Virus record (IMG/VR): IMGVR_UViG_3300037439_000020
Span: 1 to 52,389 of that record
DNA from: a virus
Lineage: Duplodnaviria > Caudoviricetes
Length of the DNA: 52,389 nt
Direction: 5' to 3' (one strand)
Shown here: positions 1 to 9,645 of the stretch, piece by piece
Layout: each line of letters opens with the position of its first letter
Numbering within the stretch: position 1 is the stretch's first letter
Notes under the pieces: generated by a model
Seen by the model: the letters and a program-made list of their open reading frames with translations, nothing else
Told to the model about the DNA's origin: nothing
Databases searched by the model: none
Translations under genes and position numbers: made by a program

Positions 1-168
1 GTTTGCCATGAAGGCGCGCTTCCCGAACGCAATTGCCGAAGCTGTCGGCATGCGATGCCAGCCGAAAGCGGTGAATGGTATTGCCGCGTTCACAATGGCA
101 ATATACCGCGCGACTTTGTTCCGATTGGTTGCCCACAATATGAGGCGCTGACAAATGCGAAAAGATAG
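1..168 (+). CDS. C-terminal part of Cas4/RecB-like PD-(D/E)XK exonuclease (continues from 51570..52389)
   Basis: Frame 1 reads VCHEGALPERNCRSCRHAMPAESGEWYCRVHN...TNAKR*, a Cys-rich continuation of ...KCVYCPMKQ at the window end. Confidence 0.85.
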   Translation, partial: VCHEGALPERNCRSCRHAMPAESGEWYCRVHNGNIPRDFVPIGCPQYEALTNAKR

Positions 169-379
169 CCCCGCACCTATCGAAGTTGAAGCGGCTAAAC
201 AAGTCGCTGAAAAGTTTGGTTATGATCAAATCATCATTATCGGGCGTCGCATCGGCGGCGACGGCAAAGAATGGGTGACGACTTACGGACGCGACCCGGC
301 GAACTCCGAAGCGGCTATATTGATCGGTGAATACTTGAAATATAAAATCATGAAATGGCCAAGGCGCGGCGGAAACTAA
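155..379 (+). CDS. hypothetical protein
   Basis: 74-aa ORF overlapping the exonuclease stop, co-oriented with the operon. Confidence 0.7.
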   Translation: MRKDSPAPIEVEAAKQVAEKFGYDQIIIIGRRIGGDGKEWVTTYGRDPANSEAAILIGEYLKYKIMKWPRRGGN

Positions 380-409
380 TTTTTATATAGCAACTTAGGT
401 ATAAACCAA

Positions 410-721
410 ATGATTAAGAAAGAACTTGTCGAGAAAATGACCAAAGATTTAATGACCCAAGGATTGATAATTAAAGCTGGTTGGTTTGGTTATGAACTTG
501 CTTGTATACCAGCAGAAGCAAGCGAACGTCAACGCAACGAAACAGAATGCGCGTTCTATGCCGGTGCATTACACTTGTTAGATTCTTTGATGAGCGGACT
601 AGACGAAGGAACAAAAGAAACAGATGCAGATATGAATAAAATGCATAATATTCAACGCGAATTGGATGAATTTCAAATTCGATTGCTTGAAATGTTCCCG
701 GAACTTAGAAAGCATGCGTAA
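410..721 (+). CDS. hypothetical protein
   Basis: 103-aa ORF, AGGT upstream, operon orientation. Confidence 0.75.
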   Translation: MIKKELVEKMTKDLMTQGLIIKAGWFGYELACIPAEASERQRNETECAFYAGALHLLDSLMSGLDEGTKETDADMNKMHNIQRELDEFQIRLLEMFPELRKHA

Positions 722-887
722 ACCGCGCTACCGGTATAGTTATAAAGCAGTCGGTTGGGTCATTATGGAATATGACCCAATTTATAACGTCTTTCCTACT
801 GTATTGCACTGTCAAATACCTGTTGAGCGCAAATCACGTTTAGCGCTTGCTAACCAATTTTCTAGCACCCGTCCGTACATTTGCTGA
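714..887 (+). CDS. hypothetical protein (MRKPRYRY...)
   Basis: ATG at 714 overlaps the previous gene end; stop is coupled (TGATG) to the next ORF. Confidence 0.55.
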   Translation: MRKPRYRYSYKAVGWVIMEYDPIYNVFPTVLHCQIPVERKSRLALANQFSSTRPYIC

Positions 888-958
888 TGGAACCGATTGT
901 TTTAATTATTGCCGCTTTGGCCGTCCTTTGGTGGATAGCTAAAAAGGCTCATGAATAA
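887..958 (+). CDS. 23-aa putative membrane peptide MEPIVLIIAALAVLWWIAKKAHE
   Basis: Fills the gap exactly: TGATG overlap upstream and TAA-ATG junction with the helicase; one hydrophobic helix plus a basic tail. Confidence 0.6.
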   Translation: MEPIVLIIAALAVLWWIAKKAHE

Positions 959-2593
959 ATGCAGCTTCGACCGTACCAAGACGAAGGCGTTTGCAGTATC
1001 TTTGACTATTTTGACAAAGGTAATACCGGCAACCCTATTGTCGCTCTCCCTACTGGCACCGGCAAAAGCTACATCATAGCCGAATTCTTACGCCGCGTTT
1101 TCAACCTTTGGCCGTGCCAGCGCGTTTTAATGCTAACGCATGTCAAAGAAATTATCGAACAAAACGCCGCCGAATTGTTTAATCTTTGGCCAACTGCGCC
1201 ACTTGGCATCTATAGCGCCGGCTTGAACGAACGAACACATACTTTGCCGATAACATTTGCCGGCATACAAAGCGTTTACAAAAAAATGTATTTGTTTGGT
1301 TGGATTGACTTAGTCTTAATTGACGAATGTCACTTGCTATCGCCAAAAGACTCTAGCATGTATCAAGCGGCAATTGCGATTTTGAAGCAAATCAATCCAC
1401 ACTTGAAAGTCATCGGCTTTAGCGCTACACCGTTCCGGTTGAAGCAAGGGTATTTGATTGAAGACGGTTTGTTTACTGATATCTGCTATGACATTACAGG
1501 CTATGAAGCATTCAATAGACTAATTGCCGAAGGCTATCTTTGCCCTCTCATTCCAAAACAAACAATAACACAAATTGACCTTCGCGGCGTTGGTATTGTG
1601 GGTGGCGAATTAAATCAGAAACAAGCCGAAGCGATCATTGATAAAGACGAAGTCGTTCACGCTGCCGTTAAAGAATCTATTGAAATGGGCCATGACCGCG
1701 CTTGTTGGCTCACATTCGCAGCAGGTATACGAAACGCTGAACACGTCGCGTCAATGCTTCAAAGCTTTGGCATTCAAACGGCGGCAGTTCATAGCGACCT
1801 TGACGGAAAAGAAAACAAACGCCGAATGAAAGATTGGAAGAACGGATATTTGCGAGCGATAGTCAGCATGAATAAGCTGACAACGGGCGTTAATCATCCG
1901 CCAATTGATTTTATTATCGATTTGCAAGCAACATGTTCACCGGGTAAACACGTTCAAAAGTACGGTCGCGGAACCAGACCATCACCAGCGACGGGAAAGC
2001 GCAATTGCTTAGTTGGCGACTTCGCCGGCAACACCGCGCGTAACGGTCCAATCAATGACCCGCGCATTCCTGGCAAACCCGGCAAAGGCGGCGGTGACTT
2101 GCCGATTCGAATTTGTGATTGTGGAATTTATAACCATGCCGCCGCACGTTTTTGCGGTGGCGGCAAAAGCGCAAAAGAAGGTATTCTAAACGGCGGTTGC
2201 GGTGAAGAATTCGTTTTTGAAAACAAACTATTTAAAACAGCATCTGAAATGGCATTGCTTAAAGACGATGCCCCGCAAATTGAATATTTCAACGTTACCA
2301 AGGTATTGTATAACCTCCACGAAAAGAAGAACGGCGAAGGCTTCTTAATTCAGCCGCCGTCTATTCGCGTCAGCTATATTTGCGGTATGCAAATGTTCAG
2401 CGAATGGGTAACGTTGGAGCATAGCGGCTTTGCCGGCAAGCGGGCGCGTGATTGGTGGAGGCAACGCCACGGCGAAGAACCGCCGCAGTACACTTATCAA
2501 GCATTGCAGCGTTGCAGCCAACTGAAACAGCCAAGACGCGTTAGAGTGTGGGTTAACAAACGTCATCCGGAAGTTTTAGGACATGAATTCTAA
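959..2593 (+). CDS. SF2 DEAD/DEAH-box DNA helicase (RadD/YejH-like)
   Basis: LRPYQ Q-motif, PTGTGKS Walker A, IDECH, SAT motif III, QKYGRGTR motif VI, followed by a Cys cluster. Confidence 0.92.
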   Translation: MQLRPYQDEGVCSIFDYFDKGNTGNPIVALPTGTGKSYIIAEFLRRVFNLWPCQRVLMLTHVKEIIEQNAAELFNLWPTAPLGIYSAGLNERTHTLPITFAGIQSVYKKMYLFGWIDLVLIDECHLLSPKDSSMYQAAIAILKQINPHLKVIGFSATPFRLKQGYLIEDGLFTDICYDITGYEAFNRLIAEGYLCPLIPKQTITQIDLRGVGIVGGELNQKQAEAIIDKDEVVHAAVKESIEMGHDRACWLTFAAGIRNAEHVASMLQSFGIQTAAVHSDLDGKENKRRMKDWKNGYLRAIVSMNKLTTGVNHPPIDFIIDLQATCSPGKHVQKYGRGTRPSPATGKRNCLVGDFAGNTARNGPINDPRIPGKPGKGGGDLPIRICDCGIYNHAAARFCGGGKSAKEGILNGGCGEEFVFENKLFKTASEMALLKDDAPQIEYFNVTKVLYNLHEKKNGEGFLIQPPSIRVSYICGMQMFSEWVTLEHSGFAGKRARDWWRQRHGEEPPQYTYQALQRCSQLKQPRRVRVWVNKRHPEVLGHEF

Positions 2594-2816
2594 ACAAATC
2601 GCAAACGATCACAAAGACGAACTTCAAGCCACACTTGAAAAGCATCAAAGACGATTAATTGACGCGCATATATGGCGAACATGCCTTAACTGTATCAACT
2701 GGTACGAAGTCCCTATGTCGGGTAAAACCTATGTTTGCCAGCTATACAAAGCAACTCCACCGCCGCAAGTCATCGTTCATGGTTGCCGTGATTGGGATGA
2801 CGATATACCATTTTGA
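2583..2816 (+). CDS. small Cys-rich protein with SSB-like C-terminal tip
   Basis: CLNC...C...C pattern; ends in DWDDDIPF. Confidence 0.75.
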   Translation: MNSKQIANDHKDELQATLEKHQRRLIDAHIWRTCLNCINWYEVPMSGKTYVCQLYKATPPPQVIVHGCRDWDDDIPF

Positions 2817-2826
2817 AAGGTGAATT

Positions 2827-3234
2827 ATGGACATGCAACAGAAACGTAAAGCCGCCGCCATGATGACGCTTAACATGATGCGAACCCAGCTAGACAGGTT
2901 GCCCGGACCTGACCGCCAAGCGGTTCAAAAGCATATTGAAGAACTACGCAGGCGCGTGAAAGATAATCGCTTTGATGCGGCTATGAAAATTGTTGCCGTT
3001 GAAACGCAACTTGGCGAACAAATTAATTTATTACCAGCCGAGCCGCCTAGCATTGAAGATCAGATAACGTTACAAAATAAAGAATTTGACGCCGTTGTAG
3101 CTTTAACGGAACAATATCGACGCATCGCCTGTACGTCGGTTGTTGAAGATGACTTTCCATCAATTCGACATGATTACGAACAAGCCATTCGCATGCTTAT
3201 GGAGGCTTTAAAAGCCAATGGCCGAACATGCTGA
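2827..3234 (+). CDS. hypothetical protein
   Basis: 135-aa ORF with AAGGTG RBS. Confidence 0.7.
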   Translation: MDMQQKRKAAAMMTLNMMRTQLDRLPGPDRQAVQKHIEELRRRVKDNRFDAAMKIVAVETQLGEQINLLPAEPPSIEDQITLQNKEFDAVVALTEQYRRIACTSVVEDDFPSIRHDYEQAIRMLMEALKANGRTC

Positions 3235-4426
3235 CGAAGCTTGGCAACGCGAAGCTTTCCCAAAGCTAGCTGAAATTATTTGGCAAAGGAAAGTAATCCC
3301 ATACTTGCAAGAGAAAGGCTTTATGACCGAAGTAACAGACAACGTTCCGGTTCCAGAATCGACTACAAAGAAAATAACAAAGCGAGCCAGGAAGAAGACA
3401 GCCGCCGCGAAACCTAGCGCCGCTGCCGAACTACTGGCGGCGTTAAAGTTCATCATGCCGGCACAACGCAACGCCGGCACGAACTACCAAACCCATTGCA
3501 TTATCAACGGTCATTGGTGCGTCGCCTTTGACGAAGTGTTGACAATTGGTTGCAAGGTTCAAGAGGATATTAGCGCTTGCCCACACTCTAGCAGCCTAGC
3601 TGCCGCGTTAGCGAAGTGTGGAGAAACCATCGCTATAACCCAGCTAAGCGAAGCGATTTTAAACATCAAGTCAGAGCGCTTTAAAGCGAATATTAATTGC
3701 GTTCGCTTTGAAGACATGCCGCTAAGCGCGCCCGATCCGCCGATAATGGCCGCGAATGACGAACTGAAGACCGCGCTAGGTGCGTTCGCTTGGCTATTGC
3801 TGGATAACGTAAACCCGGCGTTCGCCGCGTTTAAAGGCGCTGTTTTTCTTCAGTCGCAAACGTTAGTAGCGACGAATGGAATGTTAATGTTGGAGCATTG
3901 GCACGGTTTAGAAATCCCGGCTAGCGTTTTGATTCCGAAAGCGTCAGCCGTTGCCGTTTCAAAATGTGACAAGCAATTGGTTGCAATCGGCGGTTCTGAG
4001 AATTCAATAACGTTTCATTTCGCCGACGAAAGCTTTATAAAAACGCAACTGTTCAAGGACCATTACCCGAACTATACCGCCATATTTGATGCAACTGCAG
4101 ACAACCCGGCACCGCTGCCGCTTGGCTTCTTCGAAGCGATTGACGCTGTTAAGGATTTCGCCGACAAAGGCTTTGTTCATTTGAAAGGCGATAGGATACA
4201 ATCAAGCCGTCATGACGGTATTGGAGCTAGCTTTGATATTGACGGGGTTCCTGACGGCTTCAGCTTTAACCCGGAGTTCTTGAAGGGCGTTCAGCCGCAT
4301 TTTCACAATACAACGTTCGCTAATCATCGCGTGAAATTTCAAAATGGTAAGGTACGCGGCATCGTCATGGGCGGCAATGAACCGACCGAGCCGGTTCCGT
4401 ATAAACCTGCAATTGGCGGCGGCTAA
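3218..4426 (+). CDS. DNA polymerase sliding clamp (beta-clamp-like)
   Basis: Clamp-like patterns LVATNG, LIPK, FIKTQLFKDHYPNY and FSFNPEFL; lies directly upstream of the polymerase. Start uncertain. Confidence 0.75.
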   Translation: MAEHADEAWQREAFPKLAEIIWQRKVIPYLQEKGFMTEVTDNVPVPESTTKKITKRARKKTAAAKPSAAAELLAALKFIMPAQRNAGTNYQTHCIINGHWCVAFDEVLTIGCKVQEDISACPHSSSLAAALAKCGETIAITQLSEAILNIKSERFKANINCVRFEDMPLSAPDPPIMAANDELKTALGAFAWLLLDNVNPAFAAFKGAVFLQSQTLVATNGMLMLEHWHGLEIPASVLIPKASAVAVSKCDKQLVAIGGSENSITFHFADESFIKTQLFKDHYPNYTAIFDATADNPAPLPLGFFEAIDAVKDFADKGFVHLKGDRIQSSRHDGIGASFDIDGVPDGFSFNPEFLKGVQPHFHNTTFANHRVKFQNGKVRGIVMGGNEPTEPVPYKPAIGGG

Positions 4427-6292
4427 ATGATTTCAGTTTTCACTGACGACGAATTAATAAGCGTCCCGGTTGGCGACGCTTTCATATTTGACGTGGAATG
4501 TTACCCGAATTACTTCCTAGTTGTATTTCGTCATGTCGTCAGTGACAAGCTTGTTATATTTGAATCGTCACCGGTTGCGTCTATTGACACCGAAAAGCTG
4601 TCTTGGCTGATTTGGCGTCATTGTTTGATCGGGTTCAACTCCGGTGTATATGATATGCCGTTGTTGGCAATGGCGCTGCAAGGCAAAGACTATTGTGAAA
4701 TCTATCAAGCGTCTTGCAAAATCATTTATCAGGATGCTAGACCGAGTGATATAGAAGAAACGTTTGCAATACAGATACCGCCGTTAAATCACATTGACCT
4801 GATTGGCGTTGCTCCGCTGCAAGCGTCCTTGAAGCTATACGCCGGCCGCTTGCATTGCCCAGTAATGCAAGACTTGCCTATTGAGCCTGACGTTCATTTG
4901 ACGTATGAACAATCGCTAGAGATATTGCCTTATTGTGCTAATGACACTTTAAACACGAAACTGTTGTTGATCCACCTAGCCGAGCATATAGAGCTAAGGC
5001 AAATGCTAGGACGTGAGTATCAACGCGACTTTCGAAGCCTAAGCGACGCGCAAGTTGCCGAAGCGATCATTAACACCGAATTACACCGCGTTCTAGGCCA
5101 CTACCCGACACGCAACAAAAGCCCGCCTAGCGCGTGCCGCTACTACCCGCCCGCTTACCTTCAGTTCCAGTCGTCCGCCTTACAGGAGGCGCTAGCGACG
5201 GTCTGCCGGGCAATTTTTGTGATCGGCGAGAACGGCGCGGCCATCCTGCCGGCATCGATCGGCAAGCTTCGTCTGACAATCGGACAAACAGTGTACAAAA
5301 TGGGCATCGGGGGACTTCACAGCCAGGAGAAGGAAGCCGCGCACGTCGCAACGGATGACGTTCTAATTTTGGACCGTGACGTAGCGGCATACTATCCGCG
5401 CATAGTGTTAAATCAGCGTCTATTTCCGCTCCATTTGGGCGAAGCGTTCCTTCAGGTCTATAACTGGATTGTAGAAAAAAGACTGGCAGCGAAGAAGGCA
5501 AGCAACAAAGCCGTTGATTCTGGCTTGAAAATTGCGATCAACGGCACGTTCGGGAAACTTGGTAACAAGTTTTCAACACTTTATTCACCAGATTTGCTAT
5601 TAGCGGTGACGTTAACCGGTCAGCTGTCGTTGTTGCTGCTGATTGAAATGGCGGAGTCTGTTGACGGCGTATCGGTAGTTAGCGGCAACACTGACGGTAT
5701 AGTTATGAAATGCCGCAAGTCCAGCTATGACGCGCTTGGCAGCGTTATCAAAGAATGGGAACGGCTTACCGGTTTCCAAACTGAAGAAACGCGCTATAAG
5801 GCGATCTATAGCCGTGACGTGAACAACTACATAGCGTTGAAAGAAGACGGCACTTGCAAAACAAAAGGCGCTTACTGTGAAAAGGGTTCAGCGCAAAACT
5901 CGGTCTTATCAAAGAATCCGGAAACGTTGATATGTTCTGACGCTGTTCAGGCTCTTTTGTCAGCTGGTACGCCTATTGAAAACACCATTAAAGGGACGAA
6001 GGACGTTCGACGTTTTGTAAGCGTCCGCAATGTCAAAGGTGGTGCCGTAAAAGACGGTCATTATCTTGGCAAAGCAATTCGCTGGTACTACGCTCGCGGT
6101 AGTGTAGGCGTAATTAAATATAAACTAACTGGCAATAAGGTTCCAAAAACCGATGGCGCAAAGCCGCTTATGGTCTTACCTGACGAACTTCCTAACGACA
6201 TTGATTTTGATTGGTACATTCGCGAGACAACCGAAATACTATTTGACATCGGTTACTATCAACGGCCAAAGACACTTTCATTATTCGGTTAA
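4427..6292 (+). CDS. family B-type DNA polymerase with 3'-5' exonuclease domain
   Basis: ExoI FDVEC, ExoII GFNSGVYD, ExoIII YCAND; polymerase motifs DRDVAAYYP, KIAINGTFGK and NTDG. Confidence 0.9.
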   Translation: MISVFTDDELISVPVGDAFIFDVECYPNYFLVVFRHVVSDKLVIFESSPVASIDTEKLSWLIWRHCLIGFNSGVYDMPLLAMALQGKDYCEIYQASCKIIYQDARPSDIEETFAIQIPPLNHIDLIGVAPLQASLKLYAGRLHCPVMQDLPIEPDVHLTYEQSLEILPYCANDTLNTKLLLIHLAEHIELRQMLGREYQRDFRSLSDAQVAEAIINTELHRVLGHYPTRNKSPPSACRYYPPAYLQFQSSALQEALATVCRAIFVIGENGAAILPASIGKLRLTIGQTVYKMGIGGLHSQEKEAAHVATDDVLILDRDVAAYYPRIVLNQRLFPLHLGEAFLQVYNWIVEKRLAAKKASNKAVDSGLKIAINGTFGKLGNKFSTLYSPDLLLAVTLTGQLSLLLLIEMAESVDGVSVVSGNTDGIVMKCRKSSYDALGSVIKEWERLTGFQTEETRYKAIYSRDVNNYIALKEDGTCKTKGAYCEKGSAQNSVLSKNPETLICSDAVQALLSAGTPIENTIKGTKDVRRFVSVRNVKGGAVKDGHYLGKAIRWYYARGSVGVIKYKLTGNKVPKTDGAKPLMVLPDELPNDIDFDWYIRETTEILFDIGYYQRPKTLSLFG

Positions 6293-6489
6293 CCTGCCGT
6301 AGCATATCCATGAGTTTCATCCGATCCACCACCGCCACCGCTAGGAGGGTTAGTGCTAGGTTGAATCTTTAACGGTGTATATGGCATTAACAACGGCTCT
6401 GCAACGAAAATAGCCGAACCGCTAACAAGTCCAACAGTTGATTGAGGCTCATTGCCACCAGGATCGATATAAGGATGCGGAAGCGGCAT
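6289..6489 (-). CDS. small Pro/Gly-rich protein, last gene of the tail operon
   Basis: Starts 4 nt after the upstream stop; its stop overlaps the polymerase stop at TTAA 6289-6292. Confidence 0.55.
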   Translation of the reverse strand: MPLPHPYIDPGGNEPQSTVGLVSGSAIFVAEPLLMPYTPLKIQPSTNPPSGGGGGSDETHGYATAG

Positions 6490-6493
6490 GATA

Positions 6494-7366
6494 TTATTCC
6501 CAAAGCATAGCCGCTTTTAGATAGCTAGCGGCACACATATATGAAAACTGAGAACTCAACGCCAAGTACGTATGACTAATAGAACCGATGGGTGTAAAGG
6601 TAAATGTATTGTGCGCCAAAAATTCAGAATCACGAACCCCGACTAAGCCGAATACCGGCGTTACTCTAGGAAGCGGAATCCATGCTAAAGCGACTTGCGG
6701 ATCAAGCCCAACAAGCGAAGATGACGATGTTAGCATTGGCCAATGGCACAATTGAGCACTGTTAACATTAGTTTCAACAATAATTGACGTTGTTCCAGTT
6801 AACTTAAATGCATATATTGCAAAAGTAGTAGTACCGAGTTTAGCAACTAACAAGCCATCGCCCGTAGCAGCGCCGGTAGTGTAGTTGGCCGTTCTAGCAA
6901 TACCAAATAACATTTCGGTATTACCGGCTCCGACCTTCCAATTCATACCAAAGAAACCATCGGTATGACACCAGTAAGAATTTCGTAACGTATCACTTAT
7001 TTGACTACTATTCGAATTTCCCATTACAACCGGTGTGAAATTCAGGCCGGTTAACGTTCCTAACCCATCAGTCGAAGTGCCAACACCAACAAACATAGTT
7101 GGGATCGTAGTGCCGCCACCGCTTCTATATTCAAATCGAATGAACACCGGCACGGTCGATTGAAGCGCATCATCAAAGCGCCAAATCTGATAACCAGCTG
7201 ATGTATTGGGTGCCGGTCGCGTCGCCGTTCCGGTATTAATTTGGCCGGTATCGGCCGTTTGCACCAAACCGCATGCCGCTAGCTTGGTTGTCATTTCTTG
7301 AATCCATTCTTGAAACATCGCGTCAGAGTCGTGACGAATGCGGCTAACGCTTGTTGCTGTAGTCAT
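6494..7366 (-). CDS. putative tail/virion structural protein
   Basis: Thr/Gly/Ser-rich 290 aa, coupled to the tail tip gene. Confidence 0.65.
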   Translation of the reverse strand: MTTATSVSRIRHDSDAMFQEWIQEMTTKLAACGLVQTADTGQINTGTATRPAPNTSAGYQIWRFDDALQSTVPVFIRFEYRSGGGTTIPTMFVGVGTSTDGLGTLTGLNFTPVVMGNSNSSQISDTLRNSYWCHTDGFFGMNWKVGAGNTEMLFGIARTANYTTGAATGDGLLVAKLGTTTFAIYAFKLTGTTSIIVETNVNSAQLCHWPMLTSSSSLVGLDPQVALAWIPLPRVTPVFGLVGVRDSEFLAHNTFTFTPIGSISHTYLALSSQFSYMCAASYLKAAMLWE

Positions 7367-9645
7367 TATAAAACTGCCGAAGGTTGAAAAATAAACAATT
7401 GAACGCTGACAAAACGAAATAAGCTAGAACTATCCAAATTAAAAGCCAACCAATCGCCAGCGTTAACCGTCTTGTTCCAACCGGTTAAAGTAATATCTTG
7501 ATAGCTAACGCCAGCTGTAATCGTCGGTTTGGCACTAGCGGTAATACTGTCAGCGACTTGCGGCGGAAATACAGCATTCTTCCAAACGTCAACAACGCAA
7601 CTACCGTTAGTACCAATAGGCCCGGTTGCAATAACAACTTTAGCGATTTGTCCAGCAGTTGGACAATGAATATAAACAACATTTGTGGGAATTACGATAG
7701 CAGCGCCACCGCGAACCCAAGTTGCTCCGCGCATATCCACAACAGCCGCTTCAAGTGCCTTGTAACGCACTCCAGCCGCATCAGTTGAATCTGCAATTAA
7801 AGCTTCGCCATTAGAGCCAACCGGCTTGCGAACGTAATCAGTACCGTTAAAAACGATAATATCGCCTTTGTCCGTGAGTATGTCTGCAATCCAAGGTGGC
7901 GGTAATTGAATACCGTCAACATATTCATACCATTCATTCGCCGTTTCATCATAAATGAAAGTATGATTTGGAATCGGTGTAAACGTCCATGAATCGGTAT
8001 CGGGATCATAATCAGCAAATTCACCATCATGGCCTGCCCAATCACCAGTTGAACCCGGCGCTGGTATGTATGTGGAATTAGGATCAGGATCAACCGGTGG
8101 CGTTGTCGAGTTACTATTAACAATTCCAGGACCGCTTAAATTATCGCTGCCGTCATCTGGTGGCGGTGGATCACTAGGCGGTGTCAACGGTGGTTGAGTA
8201 ATAAGCCAACTTTCGTTGCTTTCCGCCCATACATCCGCAACAGCTTCAACCTTCATCATCGTCGTTTCAATATCGCCTTTACCGACTTTCAAAGCGCGAT
8301 AAACACGTGGCAACAAATGATGTACGGGCTCCTGATATTTGAAAACACCAGCGTACCCCATAGGTGAAGTACCGCGAAACACGTCAATTTTAATTTTCGA
8401 CATTGGCGATACACGCGTAAAAATTTCACGCGTCAAATGCGCTCTAGCTGTAGCAGCATCAGTCAAGCCAGGACGATCCAGCGTCATTGGTATTTCGGCA
8501 TTTTGCGACATTTGGTTTCCCAAATCATGCGCCGTAAAACTCGTCTGCTCAAAAGTTCGAATATCAGTATATTTCAACGTAATCTGATTAATACGTTCGC
8601 CATTGCCAACAGTTTCATACTCAATTAATTTTGAATTAGATGGAGTATAAAGCGGTATTGTCTCTACATCATAATCGCCGCGTAAAAGGACAAGTTGCCA
8701 TTTGCCAATGGTTTCATTCCAGCGTAAACCACCGCCCATGTGTTCACATACGCGATCAATAAACGCCTTGATTTCCATTTCATGCTCCCATTTAAAGGAG
8801 CCGCCTAAGCCTTCATCATAACATTTATCAGCGCACAAACGAAACGAAGCATCGTCGATTTGATCGCGACTACCACCCATTCCCCATTTAGAATTAGTCA
8901 AGGATTCGTAAACGATATGAGCAAAATTCATATCGTTATAAGGTTCATAGTCGTCAGGATCACGCGCTATGTTAATTTTTTCTGGATACCATATTTCACC
9001 ATCCCAACCTTCAGTTGTTCGTTCAAAATCGATAGTAATTTGCCGTAACTGTTCGCTGTTACCAATCCAAATGCCGCCAGGAGAACCGTTTTTATAAACA
9101 TCAACTGTAACAACACCTCTATATGCATTGTTATCCGTTATACCGTTCTTATATTGAGGCGCTGGCATTTGATCATCCCAACCGGCCCGAATATGCAAAA
9201 TACCACTAGCTCCACCGCCGCGCGTTTCACCACCAAAGAAATTTCCATCATCAAAGGGAATTTCATAAGAACTTGGTCTTAATAGAGTCAAATCAAACAA
9301 TGCAGCCAAAGACGGATTTATTTGTTTTTCACCAAACAACGGATTGCCGGCTTTATTAATCGGACCATGACAAAACGCCATTTGAAATTTAAGATAATAC
9401 TTATGACCAACTGTAGTTTTAGAAAAACCAGAACGCTTTCGAATACGACGAGTTTCCATATCACCAAACCAAGTTACATTTGGTGACTTCATTCTAACCC
9501 GACCAAATATAACCGGTATAGCCCGACCGTCTTCAGCAACCGGCACTTCAAGTTCATCTAATCCAGCCGCACGAGCATCAGGCGGTTTTTTTTGAGCCGC
9601 TATCGCAATAATCGTTAAAATCAAATATATAAAAAATTCAACCAT
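7366..9645 (-). CDS. tail tip / central tail hub protein with DUF2793-like domain
   Basis: IPVIFG, TVGHKY..AFCHGPI, AYRG and NFAHIVYE tail-hub patterns; Pro-rich linker followed by TTPP..STGDWAGHDGE..W.F. Confidence 0.75.
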   Translation of the reverse strand: MVEFFIYLILTIIAIAAQKKPPDARAAGLDELEVPVAEDGRAIPVIFGRVRMKSPNVTWFGDMETRRIRKRSGFSKTTVGHKYYLKFQMAFCHGPINKAGNPLFGEKQINPSLAALFDLTLLRPSSYEIPFDDGNFFGGETRGGGASGILHIRAGWDDQMPAPQYKNGITDNNAYRGVVTVDVYKNGSPGGIWIGNSEQLRQITIDFERTTEGWDGEIWYPEKINIARDPDDYEPYNDMNFAHIVYESLTNSKWGMGGSRDQIDDASFRLCADKCYDEGLGGSFKWEHEMEIKAFIDRVCEHMGGGLRWNETIGKWQLVLLRGDYDVETIPLYTPSNSKLIEYETVGNGERINQITLKYTDIRTFEQTSFTAHDLGNQMSQNAEIPMTLDRPGLTDAATARAHLTREIFTRVSPMSKIKIDVFRGTSPMGYAGVFKYQEPVHHLLPRVYRALKVGKGDIETTMMKVEAVADVWAESNESWLITQPPLTPPSDPPPPDDGSDNLSGPGIVNSNSTTPPVDPDPNSTYIPAPGSTGDWAGHDGEFADYDPDTDSWTFTPIPNHTFIYDETANEWYEYVDGIQLPPPWIADILTDKGDIIVFNGTDYVRKPVGSNGEALIADSTDAAGVRYKALEAAVVDMRGATWVRGGAAIVIPTNVVYIHCPTAGQIAKVVIATGPIGTNGSCVVDVWKNAVFPPQVADSITASAKPTITAGVSYQDITLTGWNKTVNAGDWLAFNLDSSSLFRFVSVQLFIFQPSAVL

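Noticed and set aside
5143-5152. CTACCCGCCC shared with 43921, within a GC-rich patch of the polymerase gene
   Set aside because: Repeated 10-mers are expected by chance in 52 kb, and I cannot quantify the compositional shift by eye.
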